Source: Carcharhinus longimanus (Eukaryota). From it: DNA of 64,000 nt. Position 1 is the first letter of the stretch. Every line of letters starts with the position of its first letter. A program made the position numbers and the translations under genes. This document shows, in pieces, positions 40,946 through 54,384 of the stretch. The stretch covers positions 45,106,001 through 45,170,000 of the forward strand of contig JASCQW010000162.1 in NCBI GenBank assembly GCA_030264375.1, written 5' to 3'. Under the pieces are notes generated by a model. It saw nothing but the letters and a program-made list of their open reading frames with translations, had not been told where the DNA came from and made no database searches.

Positions 40946-41492
40946 CATTATAGATGTTGGGATAATGGTGGAAGACAGAGATGGAGGACATCTTTGCAGA
41001 TCTGAGGTCAAGTCAATCTAGGCCTCTCCAGCATATACACATCGACTGATAAGATGTGGACAAGCCTGCTATCAGCTCACCTTTTCAACATATTGTACTT
41101 GACTGAAGTTGGGGAGGAATTTAATGGAGGAATGTTTAATTAGTTCTCTAATGATGGAAGTAACATTAAAGATATGCTTTTCAACTATTATGAAAATTGT
41201 TTGTTGTGATTGGACACAATTTCTTTATCTGGTGTTTTAGAAGGGATGGAATCTTACTAATTTCAACTAGATTAACTTTGGTTAAAGTTACAGGAAGAGG
41301 AATTTCAGCAGAATTGTTGACTGAACGATGATCTTCCTCTAACTGAATTCCAAGGCCTTAAAATCTTCTGGTGCATACAGCTTCCAGTCTTTCAACTTGT
41401 ATGTTTAACTGCCCCAACAAGTATTTCAATACTGTATTCTTTATGGATTATCCATTTCAAAATCGCTCATAAAATGAATTCTCAGTGTAGAC

Positions 41493-41771
41493 ACATTGCT
41501 ACCTCACAGTGCCAGGAGCCTGGGTTCAATTCCCCACTTGGGTCGCTGTCTGTGCGGAGTCTGCATGGTCTTCCCGTGTCTGCATGGATTTCCTCTGGGT
41601 GCTCTGGTTTCCTCCCACAATCCAAAAGTTGTGCTGGCTAGGTGCATTTGCCAAACTAAATTCTCCTCAGTGTACCCGACCAGGTGCCAGAGTTTGGCGT
41701 TTTGGGGATTTTCACAATAAATTCATTGCAGCGTGAATGCAAGCCTACCTGTGACGCTAATAAATAAACTT
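41493..41771 (+). mobile_element. SINE, tail type B
   Basis: Family match. Confidence 0.8.
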
Positions 41772-44700
41772 AAGTAAATTAAACACACAAAAACTGACGG
41801 TCTGACAAGATTGGTATCCTTTCCTTTCAATGAGGACTATTGATCCTTTCTCCTTCTCTGAACTTTGCTGAAGAATAGCCTAGTTTCCAAGTGAAGAGTT
41901 AACCTAAAACTGTCTATGTTAAGCAGAAGCACCAGGCACTTGGTATTTATGTGAAGCACCTGTGTCCCACATCAGTGATTTAGCTCATTGCACAATAACA
42001 CATGGTGCAGACTGTTACACCACTCTTGAGTGCCACTGCCTTCGATAGTTATTTAATTAGAATCTGTAGATCATCCTTTAGTGCATTCATTTCCAAAATA
42101 TGGAGTGAGTCAGTATGAAATAGGCAATTACTATAAAGTTAATTAAAGTATATGAGCCATTGAAAATTGAGTGCATTTCCCACTCAAAATGCAAGGGCCT
42201 GCTTTCAAAATTTGGCTTCTCGATACACAATTTATACTGACTTTTGTAGATGTTTTTCAAACTGCGCACTTTGACTGGATTAATTAACTATACTGTGTAA
42301 ATTACATTATTATATTTGCTGTAGTCAGATGCTAAGGTATCTTGTGCACCTATAATCCATCACACAAAAAAAGAAACAAATTACATTTTATCCTTGGCAA
42401 ATAATATAAGATGGAATCCAACAGCAATCCTGCACCAATCCCAAGTCATAGCACCAGGAACAATCCCCATATCACTCCTTCAGGGAAGAAGTGAATCTTC
42501 TGCTTCATTTACCAAATCAATTCTATCAGTTATAACTATTTTATTTAGCCACAACATCTGTTGATACCTTCTTATATTTTATTTGTAAAATATTTTGTTC
42601 ACAACATATTCCTGTTTACAACATATTCTTGGTTCGTACTTAAAATATGTTACTCTGATATTCTGTGCCATGACATTTCCCCACATCAACTGAATGTAAA
42701 ACATAAGGAAATGATTATCAAAATATGGCAGGTTGTATGTAGTTTGTCAGGGGTATTCTGTTGTCTTCCTGAACTAAATCTAAATGAATGTCAAATCTCA
42801 GTGGCCAATATGTTACACTGTACGATCAATCAAAGAATTTTCAACCACAAAAATCAAGAACATGCAGTGAATATATTTCCTTTACAAGAATAATGACAAA
42901 TCTGAAGTAGTAAATGCCCAGCATTAGGTATATATATTTTATATATGGATTGCACTCAATTCACAATAAGTTAAAATGAGTGCAATTCACTTTCTTACAG
43001 ATTGATGATCTTTAACCGTTCAGGATTTTAAAAATCACTCACAAATGCTGATACTTCACCAGATTACTTCCAGAAGTTGTGTTGGGCCTTTACTTGATGC
43101 AATTACAACACTAGTAATTGAATTGAAATTTTTAAAAAAAGCAGAAACAAATGTAAGTATAATTTTCAGATCAACAAAAATGCTACAAACTGTGGAGCTG
43201 TATGCATTTGGAAACCAGAGCTGCTTTCCTCTAAATTAGAATTCTGAAAGTTTGAATGATTGTGGCAGTAGTTTTATTTCTTGCAAAATAAATTTCCCAA
43301 GTTCCATGAGAAGGTAATTAACCCCATACCTTAATTTGGTGAAAATTAAACTACAGCATTGTCTAATGTGCAATCTAAAGCAGAGTTCATTGCATTTTGT
43401 AAAGCAAATTGGTAGATTTTTGCAGGCAATTTTGCAATGGGCCGTTTTGAATTTGCAAAACAATTGGTAGTGACATTATCATAGAAAGGGTAATAGTCAA
43501 AAAGTCCTGAAGAAGTCATCTGTTATGGCACAAAGTTATTCAAAGGAGAACACAACAACCTACCTTTAGGATAACTGATGATTTATCCCAATCATTCATC
43601 TAACTTGTTATTAGTGTACAGTGTACTTAAGTACATTGATCTTTCCTTCCCTGTACCCTTTTACCATATCATTTTACAAGGGGAATGATGAGAATAATTA
43701 AAGCTGAAAAGGCTTCTTGCTCCTTTATAATTATTTTCTGGATTTTCTCTTGGTTCAAAGACAGTTCAGGAATGGTTTAAATGCATGGCCGTGAATGCCT
43801 TCTTAGTAATTTCCCAAATCTGGTGTTGATTTTAGGTAGAAGGTTTAGAGAAAGTGAAGAAAGAGAAAATGCCCCACAGATGGGATTTATACCAAACAAT
43901 TTAGATCACAATAGTTTTGGTGAGAACTAGCTCTAATCAGATGTTTACTTTAAATCATAAATAAGGCATTCTGAATTTCAATGAACCAGTCATATGAAAC
44001 CATAAATCATACAATTGAAGTTACCAAATACAACTTAACAGTTAAATTAATTCACTGTAAAACTAGTTCACTGTAAACTGTGGTCAATACAATGTGTAAA
44101 TCACATATTTAGTTTCACCATTTTCACTCAGCTATTTCATTGTCCAATTAAGTTAATGATTAAATTGAGAAGACTTATGTTAATGACGTTTTCCACTTAC
44201 AATATCCTACATTAGACACAATAAAGATTCCCTCTCTGTAATCAGTGTAAGCCCAAAAGATAGAGCTTTGATCCTTGTTGTTAAAAGGCAATGACAATAG
44301 AAGTTGAGCAACGAGGGGCAGAGCTACTGGCCCCTCTTCACACAACAATAGCATCAACAAACAAGTACTTGATCAATATTTGGCCAGCACAACTNNNNNN
44401 NNNNNNNNNNNNNNNNNNNNNNNNNTTGTAAAACAGCTGTAGGGCAAAGAGGGACATAAAACTCCAATGAATTCACTTGTGAAGTACCTTTTCTGCCTTC
44501 TTTGCTGTAAATATCTGCATGAAGTACCTGTACAATCACTGCCATCATCAGCATATTCTGTTTTGCAGGATTTCAATGGGGTATAATCAGTGGCCATGCC
44601 TAAGCATATTGTTGTATTTTGTGTTGATTCACACAGATTTCATAAACATGGTATGATTTGACAAAGAAGTTAATATTGTTATCTTACCTCACTTGATCAA

Positions 44701-46766
44701 ATCCATACCATGTGCTATAGTTACTCTGAATAAAAGCAACAAGACTTTCACATCACAATCATTAGTTGGATTCATGTATGTTGCGTATAGGTTCCTTCAA
44801 ATAAAATCTTACCTCATATTGGCGTTCACTTTCTTACTTAAGCTAAAGTAAAATTCTGGTTGGTAAAATGGAATGTAATTAAGCTAATTTAATGTTTAAG
44901 TATAATGAATTAACTTCATTTAACAATTCAGTGTGATGTAAGGCATTAATTTGATACCCATAATACCATTCAAGGTATACTGTACCACAGAGAAATATAG
45001 AATTTTTTAGGCCTATGTTCATTTGTTTTCTTTATGTTGATGCATCTTAATGAAAAAGAATGTGTAAACTGCTATTCCTTCTAAGTGATTCAGTTTACTG
45101 CATTTCAGTGTATAACTTACGAGCCTGTACAAAAAAATAATCATCTTAGGAACAAGTGCTTTGAAGGAGCAATTGTATGTTCTTTGGAATCAACCTATTG
45201 AAATTGTTTGGTTGATTTTGATCATATCACTAAAGTATGTCAAAGGTTAAAATTTAAGGAAACAATTGCAACTGTTTTATTTATCAGCAACGTAACATGT
45301 AATGGCAGCAAAAGCCAACAAAAAAGGATTTCCCCTCTGCCCCTTAAAATAATTTAAATCCTTCTATCTTTGCATATATATCCAATTATAGCACCAAAGA
45401 GTAAACACAGTAAAATCACTTTCTTTTGAATATTATAATCCCAAATGCTATTCTTTACGCCTTTTGTATCCAATTTATATTTGTACCTGAAGTAAAATTG
45501 TGTGATTTATACTGCACTTTAAAATAGGATAATGCCTGTTAGCAGTAAGTCTAGCCACAGGTGCAATGGATCAACTTGTGTTGTGCATATGAGGCAGCCA
45601 TTCACCTCAGTAAGCCATGCATTGCACTTTATTTCTGTTAAATTAAAAGTCCATGAAATTAAAAAGAAAATTCTGTATCATCCTTTGTTCATTGTCATTG
45701 GGTCTAAATCCTGGAACTTTCTCCCAGACAGTACAGTGAATGTACCTACACCACATGAATCATAGTGATTCAAGAAGGCAGTTCACTACAATCTTCTCAA
45801 GGGCAATTAGGGATGGGCAATATTAGCCAGTGGTGCCCATGTCCGTGAAAGAATAAAAAGAGAAATTCAACATTCAACTCAGTTGAGTTGCTTGTTATGA
45901 TTACTTTGTCCTTACGTACTAACAAATAGTAATCCAACAAACTTGTGTTACCTTACGGAAGTTATACAATTAGCAAAGTTTAATTTATAACCTTTAATAT
46001 GATGTTTCCTGGTATTTTAAAATATTTTTACTGCAACAAATAAAGCAGAAAACGGAAGAAAGTTTTGCGTATTCAAATTGCAAATCCTGAAAAAGATCTG
46101 ATTTGAAAAATGGTGGTGTGAGCTATGAACAAGATATACAAAGCCTTGTTAATGCTCCCTAGCAGTGAAATGCCTGCTGGCATAAAGATACTGCTGCCAT
46201 CACCATGTGGCATTGCACTATAGTGTCTCTTGAGTGATAGCTCTACCTCTGGAGGGGTGAGATTTCACGCTGGTAATTAGACAAGGTTATGTGACCAATT
46301 CCACTCCAGAATAGAATCCACACCAGGTTTCATCCTACTTAACATGGTACAATAAAAACAATTACCACAGGCTTTGTTTTGCCCCCAGAATTTCAGAATA
46401 TTTAATAACTTCTCATCATGCCAGAGTCTGCACCAAAAATAGTTTCTTTCTTCAGTTTATGAATGAACAATATTCAAATGAACTGTACTCACAAAAGGCA
46501 GAATATGGAGGGGGGGGGGGGCTGCTTTGGAGCACCAAGATCAGGGTCTGAATCAGATTGGTATATATATTCACTCTTACTTAAATATCTTTTCCTTCTC
46601 TCCTCTTCCTCAGCTGAAAATGCCATCTTCTAGGAGTTCTGTTCACCAACTGGGTCTTACTTTGTGTCAAGACAGTGAGTGTTGGCAGCTTACACAACTG
46701 TGTGGAACATTTCAACTTAGTCAAGACCTGTCATCTCCTGGTTTTCATACACACACTCACAGACTC

Positions 46767-47014
46767 TAGAATCATAGGATCCCTAGAGTGCAAAAGGAGG
46801 CCATTTGGCCCATCAAGCTTGCTCCATCGACAATCCCACATAGGCCCTGTCCCCATAACCCTCCGTACTCCTGACACTAAGGAGCAAGTTAGCTAACTGC
46901 ACATCTTTGGACTGTGNNNNNNNNNNTGCAAACTCCACACAGACAGTGACCCAAGACCAGAATTGGACCCGGGTCCCTGGCGCTATGAGGCAGCTGTGCT
47001 AACCACCGTGCCAC
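46767..47014 (-). mobile_element. HE1-like SINE, tail type A
   Basis: Family match with an internal 10-N gap. Confidence 0.8.
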
Positions 47015-47224
47015 CCCAGTGATTCTCGTCAGTGCTACTAAATTGCCACCTAGACGGTAACTTGAGCTAATTTTTGGTACAATTTAGAGGTGCTGATACT
47101 GATTATTTCACCCCTTTCTCTAAGCCAGCTGAGGTCAAGTAGCGGAATCCAAGAATCCAGTCTGAGACTTCCTGGTCTGTGTGCCTTGCCTTCCTCAACT
47201 GAATCATCAATAAATCTTAACTAT

Positions 47225-47320
47225 ATTCTTCTCTCCACAGATGCTGTCAGACCTGCTGAGTTCAACCAGCATTTTCTGTCTTTATTTCGGATTTCCAGCA
47301 TTGGCAGTATTTTGCTTTGA
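47225..47320 (+). mobile_element. Terminal fragment of a Penelope-like repeat
   Basis: TCTCTCCACAGATGCTGTCAGACCTGCTGAGTT...CCAGCATTTTCTG resembles a common shark repeat terminus (from recall). Confidence 0.45.
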
Positions 47321-50300
47321 ATTATATTCTTACTGGGTGGGCTAATTCTTAGTGATTATGTAAATAAAGTGTCACACATTTGTAATTATTTTCCAGGGCA
47401 AAATGCAGCTCTTTCTCGTCAAGTTACAATAACGTCGCAACTAGCTAATGTGTGGGAGGTTAAAATTATATCTCGTTTCTTTCCAAACCATAGATCCGTA
47501 TAGCATTTCTCGCCCTGTGAATCAACGCGCAGCAGCTGACTCGCACAGAACGAGGAGAGAGAAATGACCATCTGATTTGGGGGTTGATTGAGGAGGCAAA
47601 AATCAGGAATTTCCGCGGGGCTTCCGCCAAATGACCGCCAGAATCTCCGAGGAAATTCCTGGAGCGAAGGGATCAGCCCTGCGGTGCGACTTCCAGCTCC
47701 TGGGGAAACGGCACCGGCAGCAACGGAGCACTCGCACAGCACTGCATCCTAATTCGGGTCGAGAATCAAACCACGTTGTGGACCGTTCGTTTCCTGATCC
47801 AAATGCTTTAATTTTACAACATGTAAAATGCTTTAATTTTACAACAGGTATGTACAACATACAATGAAGGGGGGTTGGGGGGGGGAGGTGCATTTAATCT
47901 GTACCAGTACGGTGACTTCCCGAAACGTTCTCCTGTTTCCTGTAAGAACGAGTGGCTTGATGCGAATAAATTTCAAATTCTGCAGTAGGTTATCACACTG
48001 TAATCATTTTTTTATATAAATGAAGAGACGTTTTGCGCCGGAGAGCTAAATGAGAACATGTGTTGGGAGGACTGTTTATATATTTTTTTTATCTTACCAC
48101 CACAGATATGGTTCGTTTGTTTAATGCTGTGATTTCTGCGATTAACTGATTAGCAACCAGATGTGATTAAACCTGATCGAAGGAACACTGCCCGAGGAGT
48201 GGTAACAAGCTTGTCATTTTTGTATCTACGAAATCTACCAGAATTCAAAATCATTTATTTGAAACGAATTGCTTGTGGAAGTGAAAATGTGAGAACTGGA
48301 TGGGTTTCAGTTTACTGTAATTCCGGGGTTTGTTTTTTTTTGTTGAGATCTCCTTTTGGGTTTAGGGCTTTGGCCCTCGCGTCCTGGCGTCTCCGTTTTG
48401 TCTTAATGGGCCATTTAATATCGTGTCGGGGGAGGGGGGGGGGTGGCGATAGTCACAAGGGTCTTTCTCCACACACGAGTACAGATCACCATTTATCGCC
48501 TCAAACTTGTAGCTCGCCACACTTAGCTTGTCTCGAGATCTGGAGTATATTCTTACAAAAGAAGTCTTATCTGGACGCTATCGCACTTTTCATCTAATTG
48601 CCTTCTCTCTCGCTCGCCCTTCCAGCCTCTATCTCTGTTCCTCAGCAGAAAAGCCACTCTGCATCAAGCCAAAGTCAATGAAACACAACTGTAATTGTAA
48701 CTTTACATCTAAATATTAAGATAGAGCCAGGGGAGTCGCGTGTCTGCAGTACACAGTTATCAGCTGTCAGGACTTCCATTACTACATGGACCAAAAATGC
48801 TTCCTCCTCATCAAAACTTCCCGCATTCCGCAAAACTTATTTCATCTTGTCTCTTCAACAGCAAACAACCCCCCCCCCTCCCCACCCACACACACACACA
48901 CACACCCAAATCTCTCACAGCTTTACTTGTTAGCTGAATAGAATCGCAGTCCCAGCCCAGCCAGAAAGAGGGAGAGAGAGAAAAAAAGGGGACAGCAATT
49001 TCACCAATTTTTGCTCCGGGCGAATTGGGGGCGGGTCGGAGAAAGATGAAAGTGAGAAGAAAATAAAAGGCTCGATTTAATCAGCTTTTTTTTAAAAAAA
49101 GGCTCGGGTCCGGGGTTTCCGATTGAATTTTGGACCTGCGCATGATTGCGGATAAATCGAGCCTGACCACGCCTGGAGCTTGGCGAAAACACTGTGTCCC
49201 ATTCAAACAGGCGCTGGCAACCTCAGTCAATTCAACCCACTCTTCAATCATTACATTGCACAGAAATATTTATAGCGCCCCAGTTATTCCTTTTTTTAAA
49301 CAAAAGGGGAGCTACCAGAAAGAAGTAACCACGAGGCATTTTCTAGCACGAGCGACTTATTTTATTTTAATAGTTCCTAATTGCACAAGTTCATTTTTTA
49401 AAAAAAAGCAAGCTGGAAACTTGCAACATCACCGGCCAGATCTTAGCTTTCCATATTCGCAGGAAAAAAATCCCCTCCCCCTAACTTTCGCAAACGTAAG
49501 CGAGAGTTTACAACTTTTATTTTTAATTTTTTTCAAAATAAATTATATTTTGCCCCCATCTTGTGAGTAGTGTGTCAGTCACATTACATTGCACAAGACG
49601 TGTTTCGATGCACATGGTGGGGGGGGGGGGGCGCTTTCTCACACTATTTAGAAGTTATCATCAGCAAATTGGCGCACCCCTTGGTCGAGTGCCTGATATT
49701 TCACTCGCGGGTACAACTCTGCAGTGTTGGCGGAGGCGAGGGACAGAAATCTCCGGTGGAATGACAGTTTATTTACTTATGAACTTTAGGTTAATTACAA
49801 CCTAAACTGTTTGCTGAAATGATTAGCATGGAAATTTGGCATTCCACCCCCCCCCCAACCAAAAACGTTTTCTCCCTCTTTAAACTAATGACACTGTAAT
49901 AGCCAGACTGACCCAGCTTTCACACGTCCCGAACTGCAATCTTTTGCAAACATAATATATAGCGATTTGCAAAGGTTGGGCTTTATTTCGCCTGTTTGCT
50001 ATAGGAAATCGCCGGCATTCTTTGCAATTTTCTCTCCTGGCCTTCCAGCCGAACGCCACGGCCCCTAAATCAAAGCCTTCGCTCAATCGAATGGTGCCAA
50101 TTGTATTTTGCTTTTTTGAATGACAGTCGGCATCTAACGCGTCTAAAAAGATGGCAAAAGAAACATTTTGTAGGTGAAAATGGCTAGTTTTCCACGGTGG
50201 AGCGAGAGTCCATAAAACTGCAAGGACTGGCTGCTACTGGCGATCACTGAATAATTCATCCCTCATTGCAAGCCCATAATGTCTTTTCTCAGCCTTTTGT

Positions 50301-53300
50301 TTGGACGGTTTCTGTTCTTTTTTTCCCTGAATTACAAAAAGGTTGCCTTCTTTTGTTGCGACCAAGCTGTCACTGGCATAGGCTTTGTCCCTCCAAGCCT
50401 AAAGTGTAACTTTCAATGGACTCACGCTTCTTTGTTTTCCAAGTTCATCTCCAAGTGTGGATTGTGTATTCAAGAACTTCTTTGTATAGCTGGAAAAGTT
50501 GTACAAATGTTTGACCAGCTCATTTGGTCGTTTTTGTCTACTCAAGATCCTATTTGCAGCGAAATTCGGGCATGTCTATGGACTTCAGCAACAAGCGACA
50601 CTTTGTGCCAAAGCTTGTGCGCAAGGCTAATGTTAAAAAGGACTTAAATTTATACACTCTTTCCAAGAGTTTTCTAGCCTTTTTTTATATAGATTCGATG
50701 TTTTGATTAACAAAACATGTCTTTGCGAAAAGGTACTTTGTTAGCGGGAAAAAAAGATAATCGAATCGCAACAATGCCCAACAAGTTAAAACGAGGCACT
50801 GCGATACCTTTGCTTGATGGTGCTGTGATCCAGAGGGGAGCTCACCAAATACACACCAGAGCAATTCAGATAGCAAATATGGTATATTAATCAGATCAAT
50901 AAACAATGCCGACTACAAACGAGCTCTCACGCTTCATGAACCTGGTCACAGGCAACTTCGCCGACTCCTCCAGTCCCCTACCCAATTCCTGTGGAGACTG
51001 CGCCACTCATTGGGAGCCACTTTCCTGAGGCGACTCGAGAAAATACTCAGACAATTATCATTTCCACATTGCACACACATTTTACCAAACTACTGCGGAT
51101 TAGAATAGCAAGCAGTCTAAGGGACAATTTGTTTTACTCAAGTTTGTGACGAATATCTTGCTGCTGAAGTCTACATATCTCAAAGCATGTTACAGATTGC
51201 CATTGCAAGATGTGGGGGGGGGGGGGCGGCGTTAGATTCTGTTTAATTTTACCAATTTAGTTTTGCACTATTGGTTATGCAAGAGCCCCACAGCTAAATC
51301 TGTCGAAATGTCATCTCATGTTCAAATATTAGACATCGTTTGACAACCCTTCAATCACAATTAGCTTGAATCTGTTAAAAGGGATAATTGCGTTTTTAAA
51401 AGCAACTGAACTCAGTGTAAAACATGTATAAATGTTACCAAAGTATATTCGCCAACTTTATCAGACCAGAATAACCTTCGAGGTTTTTTTTAGGATTAAT
51501 CTAGTTGTATGTATGTCTATAAATTATTCACGTATTTAGTTTTGGCATCTTCTTTAAAAAAATAACCAAAAGTCGCTCCTGTGGCACAGAAATTATATCG
51601 CAGATAGTTTGCAAATGGTTAACTGCAACTCCCCCACCACCCACCCCAACTTTCAAGAAGGAAAGGTCCGTTAATGCTGCCTGTCCCTTCTTTCTAAAGT
51701 ACTTGGCTGAAGATGTGTAGAAGAGAAATATTGAGTGTATTTCATGAAATTCAATCTCTGGAAACGACCCAATACTGTGCATTTCTAATGTCTGTGTTTG
51801 TGGCATCGACGTAACAGTCACTACAGCTGTGATTTTTGATTTAGCTTTGAATTGATTTAAACATTGAAGGGTATTAAAGATTCCCTTTCCTTCTGCTGCT
51901 TATAGCAGATGCATCCAGAACCCACTTCACATTAAATTACGCCTGGACTTCGATGCTCTTTAAAAATTCTCATGTTTCTCATCATTTGTCATTTTATGTT
52001 TTCCCAGTATTAGTAAATTAAACGTTTAATTCGAATCAAAGCAACACTGGATCACCTCCATTTGTCAGCGTCTCGTTGAAACAGAATAAAGTAATTTAGC
52101 CAAGTTCTGATCTAAATTCAGGAGAGGCCTGATAAAGTTAGCCCGGATATATGCAGATGGCAAAGAGTGTCTTCTTATCCCACGCATTTCTCGCTACGAA
52201 TGATGCAGCAAGTTTCTGTTTGTGTGATTCTCTCTTTTATAGAATAAAATATAATTGTAGTCGATTTAAATTTTGGTAAAGTTTTTGGCAATGATTTGGC
52301 TTGGCTGTCTATATCTGCGTTCATTATCCGTCCCAAATTAATGTTTATTTATTAGTGACAAGTGCATTAACACTGCAATGAAGTTGCTGTGAGATTCCAT
52401 CTTGGAAAAGCGGTTCGAAGCTTCTTAACGGGAAGAGGGATTTAAAATCGCAGATTCTGCAAAATGCTGTAATTCCAGGAGTTTGGGGAATGGTTGAGTA
52501 AAAAGTAACGATTGGACATGGAAATCGATACTGAAATCGCTTTCTCTTCCTCAGAATTGCTTGGAGTTATTATTAATGTCATTTGATTGAGTCTCGTTTC
52601 CAAATGCTCCTCGTGCTCTGGGAAATGTACTTACATGTTCACATATTTTACCTGCGGTCTGAATTTGATTTCTGCGCCTTTCGGATTGAACAGGAAATCG
52701 GTAAGCATGGACTGACTTGCACCAAACTGTTGATTTTCCTGCTGGGATTGACTCAGTAGCTGCTATTGCTTTGCCATAGTCGTTGCAAACGGTCTACAAT
52801 GCGCAGAAAACCCACACAACAAAATTAAACCCATTCCTCTGGGCAACATCCCGGGACCGTAAATGAAATTGCAGTCAGCTGGTAAAGGTTGAAAAGTGCC
52901 TCTTTATCTGTGCGCACAATTAACAGCGGCGAACTAGCAACAGGTTGCTGCTGTGCTGATAAGGTTGGTCCAGGCTGGCTCTCCAGCTTTGATATCGCCG
53001 CCCTTGGCTACACTTTTCCGAATTGTTTTCACACCTTGGCGTAAACTTTACCACCCGAACAAGCTCAATAAAACTCCCAGGACAAAACAAGAGTAGTACT
53101 TCCGGCCAATTCCCTTCACCTCGGCAAATACCCAGAGCCAAAAGACAAAAGCAGAGGGCACTGAGGCATTTACTGCTGAAGGCGACTGTGTGCTCGTGGT
53201 TAATTCTAGTGAAACCGTCCAAGGGGGTAGGCGGCGTAATTATCACTTCCCTCAGTGGGTTATATGAACTTTCATCCGTATATTCCACGTCAGTTCGAGT

Positions 53301-53494
53301 CTTTTTTTTGTTTCTAACCGTGTAACTCAATCAAAGCTGCCTTTACCCCATCAAAACGTGTAAGACATACAACATTTAATCGCTCTGGGATTCCCTAATG
53401 CATGTCTATAAAAACGACTATTGATATAAATATTTAATTAAAACTTTTGTTTCGCTAAAAATACACAAATGATCAGACAAATTCCACCTCTTAC

Positions 53495-53629
53495 CCTTGT
53501 TTGCCAGAATGCCGTCTATGCTGTGTTTGGTCTTTTTATCTCCCTCTTCATATTCCTTTCTTTCACATTCCTCCTCTTCGTCTTCTTTCTTACCGAATCT
53601 ACTCCTTAGAATACGGCTTATTGAGCTCA
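53495..53629 (-). CDS. pax3: Pax3 exon 4, end of paired domain and octapeptide
   Basis: Acceptor AAAAAG|TG. Translates (V)[44 protein letters not shown], with octapeptide HSIDGILA. Donor AAGG|GTAAGA; 135 nt. Confidence 0.96.
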
Positions 53630-54254
53630 CTTTTTTGAAGGAAAATGCGTTTTTTCCCAAAAAAAATCAAATATAATATTAATTTTTAATACCAACGCAA
53701 TTTTACCTTTGTGTCACAAAACATCAAATAATGTAATATTCAGTCATTGGTTTAGAATTTCAAATAAATAATATTAGTAATAATAATATAAATAAATAAT
53801 ATTTTACACTCTCCTCGATAGCTTTTTTTCCAAAAAAAAAGAAAATAGCATAGGGAGAACATTATCTTTCATGATCAATATCTTCGGGAAAAGCACAATT
53901 AAATGCCTGCAATGAATTATTTTATCTGTGAAATATGCAGGATATCATTCCAACCTGCCAAAGTGTAAATTATTCTCGTCATGTGTTGTTTCCTGATAGT
54001 CCTAATAAATAATCATAGCATTTAACTTAAAATAGTTTTTTTTAATTGGAGGACTGAAGTCCGGAATCGATTTGAATTCATTTGTTAACACCATGAGATA
54101 TTTATGCCTTCTTTATTAGTTTGAGCAGCTGGACACATTTTACATTTACAAGCGATTCTGGGCTCAGATGAAACAAGAGTAGTTATTTTTCTATGTTAAT
54201 TAAATTGTTCCTGGATTATTTCCCACTTCGCGCAAATTCACACTTGGAACTAAC

Positions 54255-54384
54255 CTGAGGGAATGGTGTTCCGATCGCACATGCCGTCTTTCAATAATTT
54301 ATCCCGGATTTCCCAACTAAACATTCCAGGATTCTCTTTCTTGTACTCTTCGATCTTTTTTTCCACATCTGGTATTGCCATTTG
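54255..54384 (-). CDS. pax3: Pax3 exon 3, paired domain RED subdomain
   Basis: Acceptor ATAAAG|CAA. Translates [43 protein letters not shown]. Donor TCAG|GTTAGT; 130 nt. Confidence 0.95.

Noticed and set aside
52920-53330. Overlapping 136-aa and 100-aa ORFs near exon 4, a possible antisense gene
   Set aside because: No recognisable domain or exon structure; better explained as CpG-rich non-coding sequence.
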